Assembly: GCA_041288095.1 (NCBI GenBank)
Contig: JBGGMJ010000158.1
Coordinates: 1 to 64,000, forward strand
Length of the DNA: 64,000 nucleotides
Reading direction: 5' to 3'
From: Myxococcota bacterium
Lineage (GTDB): Bacteria > Myxococcota > XYA12-FULL-58-9 > JALHOP01
The translations under genes and the position numbers were made by a program. The notes beneath the pieces were generated by a model. It saw nothing but the letters and a program-made list of their open reading frames with translations, was not told the origin of the DNA and did not search any database. Of the stretch, positions 49,217 to 64,000 are shown piece after piece (the stretch's first letter is position 1; the number at the start of each line of letters is the position of its first letter).

Positions 49217-50185
49217 TCAGACCGAGACCAGCATCGAGCTCCAGCAGGCGGCTGGACTGTTGTTCTGAATGAGAACCGTATCGCCGGAGGCAATTTCGCC
49301 GCGCGCGAGGCCGGTCTTGTAGTTGAGAAGCACGTCGATGCTGCCCAAGTGTCCATAACGGGCGCAGTTGTCGCGGCAGGAGCCGATGAAGCGGACATCG
49401 AGCGCCTCTTCGTTGTAGCGGAAGGCCTCGATCGACAAGTTCTGCATGACGTGCGCCTTGACGCGAACGTCGGTGTTGCGCTCGAGCAGCCGGCGATTGA
49501 TCGCGTTGAAGTTGTTGCGGCTCGCGATCGCGAGCTCGAACTTGTAGCGCTCGCTGGTGCAGGACTCGACCATCTCCTCGATGCGCTTGTTCTTGTACTC
49601 GACGCGGAACAGGTCCCAGTACTTGCCGTCGGTCATCAGCTCGACGTCGCGGATGACGTGGTCCTCGCAATCGCGCGACACGACGACGCCCATCCCAGCG
49701 TCGCCGTTGACCGTCACTGCTTCGCGATAACGGACGACGCCGAACGGCTTGCTGCCCGAGCAGATGAGCACGTTGTTGATCGACGAGCTGCCGTTGATCA
49801 TCGTGCGTGCCACCATCACCGCGTTCGAGATGTTGGCGCAGCCGAGGTCGCCGACCGAAAAAGCGACCGCCTTCTTGAGGCCCAGGAGATCCTGGATGTG
49901 CGTGGCCTCGGAGGCCATCAGGTACGTCGGCGCGCGGCTCTGGATCGAGATCAACACGTCGATGTCGGTGGGCAAGAGCGAGCTGCTGTCGAGCGCCAGC
50001 TTCGATGCCTCGACCGCCAGCTCGACGGCTCCGCGCGATTCGTCGATGGCCACCGTCTGCATGCCGGCGAGCGTCAGGTCGAACACCTTGCGCTTCTGGG
50101 CGTCGAGGCGCTTCACCTCGTCGAGCTCGCTGACGGGCACGAGGTTGGGTGGTAGCGCGAATTCGATGGCTTTGAACCCGATCAT
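49217..50185 (-). CDS. Atypical stand-alone KS III (FabH-like)
   Basis: AFSVGDLGCAN, NGDAG.GVVV, HVMQNLS, YGHLGSID. Confidence 0.8.
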   Translation of the reverse strand: MIGFKAIEFALPPNLVPVSELDEVKRLDAQKRKVFDLTLAGMQTVAIDESRGAVELAVEASKLALDSSSLLPTDIDVLISIQSRAPTYLMASEATHIQDLLGLKKAVAFSVGDLGCANISNAVMVARTMINGSSSINNVLICSGSKPFGVVRYREAVTVNGDAGMGVVVSRDCEDHVIRDVELMTDGKYWDLFRVEYKNKRIEEMVESCTSERYKFELAIASRNNFNAINRRLLERNTDVRVKAHVMQNLSIEAFRYNEEALDVRFIGSCRDNCARYGHLGSIDVLLNYKTGLARGEIASGDTVLIQNNSPAACWSSMLVSV

Positions 50186-51348
50186 GAGTCAGCGGCTCCG
50201 TAGGACGCCAAATTGTACTTCTGGAGGGCGTGCTTCGCGATGATCTGTTGCTGCACCTGGGAGGTACCCTCGATGATCTCGAGGATCTTGGCTTCGCGGA
50301 AGTAACGCTCCACCGGGTAGGCGTCGCTACAGCCGTTGCCGCCGTGAACCTGTATCGCCTCCCGGGCGATGTCGTTGGCCATGGTCGAGGTGAAGTACTT
50401 GGCGATGGAGGTCTCGATCATCGCGTCCGGGGCATCGGCCTTGCGCAGCTCCCCCACCCGCATGCATAGAGCGCGGCCGGCGCACATCTTGGCGGTCGCG
50501 TCGCCGAGGATCGCCTGAACCTGCGGGAACTCGAGCAACTTCTTGCCGAACTGGCTGCGTCGCCGCGCGTAGCTCGCCATCGACTCGACGCATGCGCGCG
50601 CCAGGGCCTGGCCGGCCCAGGCAATGCTATAGCGGCCATGGTCGAGAGCCCAGTTCGCGACGTAGCGAAAGCCGTTGCCGATCCCGCCCACGACGTGGCT
50701 CGCGGGGACGACGACGTCATCGAAGAGGATCTCGCCGAGGTGACCGCCGCGCAGGCCCAACAGGCCCGTCATCGGCTTGACCGAAACACCGGGGGCCCGG
50801 CGCTCGACCAGGAAGGCCGTGATGGTCTCGTTCTCCCGGGCGAACACCAGGTAGAGGTCGGCAAGCGCGCCGAAGGTCATCCACTTCTTGTGACCCTTGA
50901 TGACGAACGAGTCGCCGTCTTTCCTGTAGATGGTGCCGACCGAGCGCGCGTCGGTACCGACCTCGGGCTCACTGAGCGCAAAAGCGGACAGCACGTCGCC
51001 GGAAGCCAACCGAGGGATCCAGGTGGCGACCTGTTCCGGGGTGCCCCACTTGAGGAGGCTCTCGCCGACGAGAGACACCTGCAACGTCAGCAGGGCGCGC
51101 GAGTTGCTGCAGACCGTCCCGATGGCCTCGGTCAGCAGACCATAGGCGACGGGGTCGAGGCCCATGCCGCCGCGGTCACGTGGGAACGTGGCTCCGAGCC
51201 ACCCCTGCGCGGCCATCTTCTCGATGAGGTCACGCGGCAGGCCTTCACCACCGGCGTCGATGGCTCGGGCTCTCGGGCGTATCTCTGCCTCCACGAACGC
51301 CCGAGTCTTCGCGACCAGGTCCGCGTACTGCTGTTCAGCACTCGCCAT
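50182..51348 (-). CDS. Acyl-CoA/acyl-ACP dehydrogenase, FkbI-like
   Basis: AIG.VCS..RALLT, FALSEPEVGTDA, GHKKWMTFG, R.QFG, QVHGGNG, EIIEGTSQ. Confidence 0.85.
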   Translation of the reverse strand: MASAEQQYADLVAKTRAFVEAEIRPRARAIDAGGEGLPRDLIEKMAAQGWLGATFPRDRGGMGLDPVAYGLLTEAIGTVCSNSRALLTLQVSLVGESLLKWGTPEQVATWIPRLASGDVLSAFALSEPEVGTDARSVGTIYRKDGDSFVIKGHKKWMTFGALADLYLVFARENETITAFLVERRAPGVSVKPMTGLLGLRGGHLGEILFDDVVVPASHVVGGIGNGFRYVANWALDHGRYSIAWAGQALARACVESMASYARRRSQFGKKLLEFPQVQAILGDATAKMCAGRALCMRVGELRKADAPDAMIETSIAKYFTSTMANDIAREAIQVHGGNGCSDAYPVERYFREAKILEIIEGTSQVQQQIIAKHALQKYNLASYGAADS

Positions 51349-51358
51349 TCCCACTCCA

Positions 51359-53979
51359 TCACGCGTTGGCACGCAGCAATGTTTCGATTTCGGCCTCCCC
51401 CATGCTTTCGACCGTGTCGAGCGTACGGGCCATGTCGTCGGCCGAGGGACCGTGGTCGGTCAGCAGCACCGGCGTCGCCGGAACTTGCTCGGTCTCGAAC
51501 CAATAGCGCTGGCGTTGGAAAGCGTAGGTCGGCAGCACCACGCGTTGACGTTTGAAGCCGGCGTCGACCGCCTTCCAAGCCACGTCGAACCCGGCGGCGT
51601 AGAAGGAAGCAACGGCCTCGATGATCGTCTTCCATTCCACGGCGCGGTCGCTGGTGCCGAGGAAGACCTGACCCTTGCCGAAGGTGTCCTGCTGCGCGGC
51701 GCCGCAAACGTCGAGCAGCGCCGTGCAACCATGGCGCTTCGCGGCGGCGAACGCCGGCGCGAGACGCACCTCGGACGCGCGCTTCCAGTGCTCGATGCCC
51801 AACTCGGAGACGCCGCTCGCAAGCTCGCCGCTCACATTGGACGCGAGGAGAATGCGCGGCGGCGCGACGCGCCTGACGAGCTCGGTGGGCAAGTGCAGAG
51901 GTCCGCCGGCCGCGCTTGCCTTGGCGACTCCGATGCTGATGGCCAGGGCGTCGGCGAGGCTCAAGCTCTGCGCGAGAGTGGCGGCGACGACCGCGCCGAT
52001 GCCGCGTCCGAGCAACACCTCGGGACGCAAGCCCAGCGACAGCCACGCTTGCCCCAGCGCGTATTGGACCGCGAAGGCGAGCACCGCGCCGGTGGCCGTA
52101 TCCATGCCGCCGCGCAACGGGCGGTCGGTCGCCAGGCCCGTCAGGTCGAGGCTCGGCACGGTGAGCAGGGGTCGCGCGTGCTCCTCGCAGCTGGCGAGTG
52201 CCGCGCGGATCGCGGGCATGGTCGTGAGCAAGGAGCGCTCGATGACCGGCGTCACGCTGAGCGTGTCGAAGCACCAGGCGAGCTTGCCGTCGCCCGCGGC
52301 GGCCGAGCTACTGCGTAGCCCTTCGCCGCCGGCTCCCCTCGCGAAGGCATCGACGCCTTGCAGGAGCTCCGCGGTGGTAGCGCCGGTGACCGCGAGCCGG
52401 TGCTGAAAATGGGTGCGCCCGGTGTTGGCGGTGAAGCAAACGTCGGCGACGCGTAGGCTCGGGGTCTCGCGCAGGGTCCGCGCATAGCGACGCGCGAGCC
52501 CCTGCAGGGCGGCTTGCGAGCGCGCCGACAAGGCCAGCACGTGGAGCGGCCGCTCGAGCGGATTCTCGGGCGCGGCGACGACGGGCGGCTCTTCGAGGAC
52601 GACGTGAGAGTTCGTGCCTTGGAAGGCGAACGCGCTGATGCTCGCGATGCGCTTGTTGCGGTGGCGCGGCCACGGCCGCCGCTCGGTGGGGAGCAGGAGG
52701 CGCAACTCCTCGAGCGGAATGTCCGGGTTCGTTTCGTTGAGGTTCAGGTTCGGCACCAGCTCGTCATGTTGCAGCGTCAGGATGATCTTGAGCAGGCCCG
52801 CCATGCCGGCACCGGCTTCGAGGTGGCCGACGTTCGTCTTGACCGCGCCGACCGGCAACGGCACCGGACGCTCCACTCCGGTGAGCACGGAAGCGATGCT
52901 TTGCAGCTCGATGGGATCGCCGAGCGGCGTCCCGGTGCCGTGAGCCTCGGCGTAGAGCACGGCCTCGGGACCGACTCCGGCATTCTGCAAGGCCTCGCGA
53001 ATCACGGCGCGCTGCGCGAGACCGTTCGGGGCGGTGAGGCTGCTGCTACGGCCGTCTTCGTTGACGGCGGTCCCGCGCACGACGGCGAGAATCTTGTCAC
53101 CGCGCTCGATGGCGTCGGCGAGGCGACGGACGACGAGCACGCCGCAACCCTCACCCCGCGCATAGCCGTCGGCACCGACGTCGAACGTCTTGCAACGGCC
53201 GTCCGCCGCGACGAATCGGCCCTTGCAGCAGTAGACCGTGAACTCGGGGTTCACCATGACGTTGACGCCGCCGACCAACGCGAGATCACAGCGACGCTCG
53301 CGCAGATGTTGCCCGGCGAGCTGCAGCGCCACGAGCGAAGAGGAGCACATGGTGTCGACCGCCATGGCGGGGCCTTGCAGACCGAGCACGTAGGAGATGC
53401 GGCCGGCGGCGACACAAAAGCCGGTGCCCGAGAACCAATAAGCGTCGATACCTTCCGCACCGGTGCGCTTGAGGTGCTCCATCATGTAGTCGTTGGTGCT
53501 GACGCCCACGAACACGCCGGTGCGCGAGCCCACGAGCTCGCTGGGCGCTTGACCAGCGCGCTCGAGCGCCTCCCACGAGACCTCGAGCAACAGGCGCTGC
53601 TGCGGATCGAGGCTCGCCGCTTCCGGCGGCGCGATGCCGAAGAACTGTGCGTCGAACTCCGCCAGGTCGACGTCCTTGAGAAAGCCCGACTCGCGCACGT
53701 ACATCTTGCCCGGCACGTCGGGGTCGGCGTCGTAATACTTGTCGAGGTCCCACCGCGCGCTGGGAACCTCGCAGATGGCTTCGCGGGCTTCGCGCAGCAG
53801 CTGCCAGTAGGCCTCGGGGTCGTTGGCGCCGCCGGGAAAACGACAGCTGACGCCGACGATGGCGAGCGGCTCTGGTCCCGAGGAAGCCTTGACGCCGTCG
53901 ACACCCGCGAGCTCGAGAGCGAGCAGCTTGCGTTTGGCGGGGGACAACTTCGCGAGCAGCTCTTTCAATGCATCCTGGG

Positions 53980-53983
<4 letters not shown>
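51359..53983 (-). CDS. Type I PKS half-module: docking - KS - truncated inactive AT - docking
   Basis: DTMCSSS, EAHGTGT, NVGHLE; AT motif GRGIG and AT shortened; LPTYAFQR then helical tail; no ACP. Confidence 0.92.
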
Positions 53984-60963
<6,980 letters not shown>

Positions 60964-60978
60964 CCGGAGTGTAGCGGC

Positions 60979-62661
60979 CTATGGTTGGCCCAGCAACTTG
61001 AGCGACGGCGGTATCGTAAATGGCTGTGGCGGTTGCCATAGGAAGCGGGTTGGGGAGGCCGCGGTGAGGCCGGACCGCTTGAGGAAGTCCAAGGTTACTG
61101 AGTTTTTCTCGGTTGCCACGTACTCGGCGGCGACACCCGCGAGCCCGACGCGGGCAGCGTGGGCCGTGATCACCCCGAGCATGGCGTCCTCGACGTGACG
61201 GTTGAAGACGCGGCAGCTCAAGAGGAAATCGGCGACCCGGCCCCCGTCACCGTCCCGCTCGAGGCTCGCCACGCCGACCAACCCCGAGTCCCCGAACTTG
61301 TCGGCGACGCGAAAGGTCCACATCCAGCGCTGTTCGGCGCCCAGCCAGCGGCGCAGCTCGTCGGCGTCGACCCGGCGCGTGCGCAGGTTCATTTGGTTGG
61401 TCTTGTTGATGAGCTGCAGGGTGCGCTCGAAGCTGTCTTCATCGAGCAAGCGCACGGTGACCTCGGTCCCGAGGGAGTGCAGCCACTCGTCGACCGAACC
61501 GACGCTTTCGCGCACGCGGTTGCGCTCGCGCTCGGCGACGTACATCCGCGTGCGTTCGCTGTCCTCGCGGCTCGAGGTGACGGAGTCGAAACAACGCAGG
61601 TCCGCCAGCGCGTCCGCATAGCGCGTGACGTCCACGGGCCACTCGGGCACCAGCACCTTCGGCAACGCGTCGCGCACACGGGCGCGCTCCACCGGGTTGT
61701 CGTCGATGAATACGACGGCGTCGAGACCGAGGTTCAGCTCCGACGCGAGCTCGGCGATGTTGGCGGCTTTGTCCTGCCAGTTGATGCGCCACGCGGCGAT
61801 GTCGTCCTGGGAAAGCACCATCTCGGGATGACTCTTGATGGCGGCAAGCGCGCGCGCCTCGTCGTTCTTGCTGGCGACCGCCAGGACGACGCCGCGACGG
61901 GTGAGCGCCTTCAGAGCGCGCTGAAAGTCGACGTAGGCCTCGCCGATCGGGTCATGCCCGCCAAGGCGGAGCTTCTCCCAACCCACTTCGCCGACCACCC
62001 CACCCCACAAGGTGTTGTCGAGGTCGAGCACGAGAAGCTTCTTGGCGAGGCCGCGCGACGCCCGCAACGTGGCCAGCATATCGGTGGCGGCGCGCTGGAA
62101 AACCGCCGGCGCGTACGGAACCTTGGCCGCGTACCACATCGTCGGGTTCGCGGGCTCGGCGCCGCTCATCCAGCGCTGCGTGTCGAAGACGTAGACGCCG
62201 GCGACGCCCGCGAGCCTGGCCGCGAGGTGCGCGTTCATCTGCAGCAGCATGCCGCCGACGCCGCGATCGCTGGTCATGTCGAGAGGACCGTGGCCGCGGA
62301 TGCGCGACGGGTAGGAGAAGGTAGGCACGAAGACCACGGCGGTGCCGCGGTCTCGGCAAGCCAGCACGGCATCGCAGAAGACGTCGACGTCGGCGATGGC
62401 GGCCTCCACCTCGGCGGGACGGTGCTCGACCCGAGCCGCGAAAGCGGCCGACATCGCCTCCGGCCGCGCCCACACCACGCAAAAGTCGGCTTTGGCGGAC
62501 CACAGATCGGACGAGCCATCGAGGAGCGGCGCGATGACGTTCATGCCGCTCGTCGAGTGGAGCTCGAGAGACCAGCCGTGGTCGCCCGCCTCGAAGGCCT
62601 GCGCCAGCGGACCGATGGTGAAATCCGCGACCAGCACGCCGCGGAGGTTGAGGCTAGCCAC
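60979..62661 (-). CDS. fkbH: FkbH-family HAD-IIIC glyceryl transferase/phosphatase
   Basis: VLDLDNTLWGGVVGE, ASKND, INWQDK, FIDDNPVER, KTNQMNL, DKFGDSG, LSCRV; GGAGG before GTG 62661. Confidence 0.93.
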   Translation of the reverse strand: MASLNLRGVLVADFTIGPLAQAFEAGDHGWSLELHSTSGMNVIAPLLDGSSDLWSAKADFCVVWARPEAMSAAFAARVEHRPAEVEAAIADVDVFCDAVLACRDRGTAVVFVPTFSYPSRIRGHGPLDMTSDRGVGGMLLQMNAHLAARLAGVAGVYVFDTQRWMSGAEPANPTMWYAAKVPYAPAVFQRAATDMLATLRASRGLAKKLLVLDLDNTLWGGVVGEVGWEKLRLGGHDPIGEAYVDFQRALKALTRRGVVLAVASKNDEARALAAIKSHPEMVLSQDDIAAWRINWQDKAANIAELASELNLGLDAVVFIDDNPVERARVRDALPKVLVPEWPVDVTRYADALADLRCFDSVTSSREDSERTRMYVAERERNRVRESVGSVDEWLHSLGTEVTVRLLDEDSFERTLQLINKTNQMNLRTRRVDADELRRWLGAEQRWMWTFRVADKFGDSGLVGVASLERDGDGGRVADFLLSCRVFNRHVEDAMLGVITAHAARVGLAGVAAEYVATEKNSVTLDFLKRSGLTAASPTRFLWQPPQPFTIPPSLKLLGQP

Positions 62662-62959
62662 CCGCGGCCTCCACGAAGGCCGTGACCCGGGCAACGAGGT
62701 CGGCGACCTTGGCGGGTCGCTGGCTGCGGCTGAAGAACGACTCGTCGGTCGTCAGGCTCGGCGCGGCGGCGAAGGCTTCCCGCAGCTTTCCGTCGAGGGC
62801 GACGATCAACGTGACCAAGCCGAGCGAATCGAGGCCCGCGAGGCTCGTGTCATCGGTGCTTTGCAGGTGTTTCGCCGCCGGCAACTGCTGATTCACGGCG
62901 GCGATGGCCGCCTGCACCGCGCCGCGCACCTGTTGTTCGCGTCCTCCAGCCATCACCAA
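62654..62959 (-). CDS. Stand-alone acyl carrier protein
   Basis: GLDSLGLVTLIV phosphopantetheine motif; overlaps the fkbH start. Confidence 0.85.
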   Translation of the reverse strand: MVMAGGREQQVRGAVQAAIAAVNQQLPAAKHLQSTDDTSLAGLDSLGLVTLIVALDGKLREAFAAAPSLTTDESFFSRSQRPAKVADLVARVTAFVEAAGG

Positions 62960-62968
62960 CCTCCACCG

Positions 62969-63958
62969 CTATCGCGGATGAGAAGCATAGAATCGGAGCA
63001 TGCGTTCGGCGTCCTTGACCAGCGTTTGCGCCACCGGTGGCAGGGCGATGACCTTGCGGGTCCGGGACGCGACTACCAGCGCGTTGGTGCGCTCGAGATG
63101 AATCTCGGAGACCGTGTCGACGACGCCGACGACGGTGAAATCCTGCGCTGGCGTGCCGAGCGCCTCGAGGTCGTTCGAGATGCTCACGCGCAAATCGATG
63201 CGCAGGACATCCTCGCCGCGGCAACGGTCGAACAGCATGGTCTCGCTGTCGACGACCGACAACATGTCCACGATCGCGGTCGGGAAAGGCGTTTGCACCA
63301 TGCGCGTGAGCACCTGGCGCTGCGCGAAGTCGAGCACGCGCACGAACTGGCTGCAGGTCACCGGGTGGCCGGGCGCGCAATCGCGGCCGGCGCTGATTTG
63401 GTAAGAGAGGCGCGCGCCACGGGTGACGTTGCCGACGAAGCCCTCGTCGAGCGTGCCGATGCCCCGCACGTCGCGAAAGCGTTGAATGGATTGTGGCGCG
63501 GCGTCGAGCTGCGGCAACGTCGCCAGCAGCTCGGCGCGCGGCAACGACATCTCGGGCTCGCGACCGTCGTCCTCGAGCCAGAAGGCACCGCTCGCCGCCA
63601 TCGACGGCAAGTCGGTCGGGGCGCGTTTTTCCGGGTCTTCGGTGAGCTCCGACGTCGAGCCCAACGCGCACTTCGTCTCGAACAGCATGTTGCCGTAGCT
63701 GCCGCCGGTGACGCCGAGCCGCAGGTGGTCCCAGGCGCTGAAGCGGCGCAGCAAACGCGATACCGGCACGGTGAGGCGAGTGACGTAATTGCCGAAGTGC
63801 AGGATCTTGCCGGCCCGATTGGTGATCTGCGCCGCGGTGTTCGAGCGACCGGCGACCAAGCGCGACGACTGCGCCGCGGCGGCGAGCGTCGTCGCGGCGT
63901 ATTCGTCGACGACGCCGACCCCGACGTGCGCGTAACTGAGCTGTTGCTCGATCAACAT
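62969..63958 (-). CDS. Divergent LnmK-like double-hotdog protein
   Basis: Blocks ITNRAGKILH, FSAWDHL, LPQLDAA...FRDVR, Y.I...RD..., SVVDSE are collinear with the LnmK family as I recall it; GAGGAGG RBS. Confidence 0.6.
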   Translation of the reverse strand: MLIEQQLSYAHVGVGVVDEYAATTLAAAAQSSRLVAGRSNTAAQITNRAGKILHFGNYVTRLTVPVSRLLRRFSAWDHLRLGVTGGSYGNMLFETKCALGSTSELTEDPEKRAPTDLPSMAASGAFWLEDDGREPEMSLPRAELLATLPQLDAAPQSIQRFRDVRGIGTLDEGFVGNVTRGARLSYQISAGRDCAPGHPVTCSQFVRVLDFAQRQVLTRMVQTPFPTAIVDMLSVVDSETMLFDRCRGEDVLRIDLRVSISNDLEALGTPAQDFTVVGVVDTVSEIHLERTNALVVASRTRKVIALPPVAQTLVKDAERMLRFYASHPR

Positions 63959-63974
63959 CCGCCGCGATTCCTCC

Positions 63975-64000
63975 TCAGCGCGCCTTGGTCTCGATCCAAG
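63975..64000 (-). CDS. Probable 3' end of another co-oriented cluster gene (...WIETKAR*), partial
   Basis: TGA at 63975-63977 merges into the GAGGAGG RBS of the next gene; only a few codons visible. Confidence 0.35.

Overview
High-GC bacterial window, most consistent with a Myxococcota/deltaproteobacterial genome (inferred from gene content). It is densely coding; no rRNA, tRNA, CRISPR array or IS element was recognised. (1) 1-17 kb: housekeeping genes pyrH-frr-uppS-cdsA, then rseP and tsaB, with galK-galM and an FG-GAP gene sitting where dxr normally lies; also a PRTase-like orphan, a REC plus degenerate-GGDEF protein, a DUF1592/DUF1552 pair and dnaB. (2) 17-30 kb: an unusual signalling locus. 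A membrane histidine kinase and an adjacent catalytically degenerate paralogue both carry a CxxC-x15/16-CxxC zinc ribbon inserted in the DHp hairpin. They cluster with a TonB-dependent receptor, a REC-HDOD-PP2C phosphatase, a second receiver protein, a two-domain solute-binding lipoprotein and a probable beta-barrel. (3) 30-40 kb: an LRR protein, oxidoreductases (one Tat-type flavoenzyme has a CxxCH insert) and two orphan LivJ-like lipoproteins. (4) 40-64 kb: a minus-strand modular type I PKS cluster that runs off the right edge. Only one of its five AT positions keeps the GHSxG serine. It also has a docked intra-module split, a non-elongating KS and no thioesterase, plus FkbH, a free ACP, an FkbI-like dehydrogenase, an atypical KS III and a divergent LnmK-like protein. 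All assignments come from reading motifs by eye; no database search was run.
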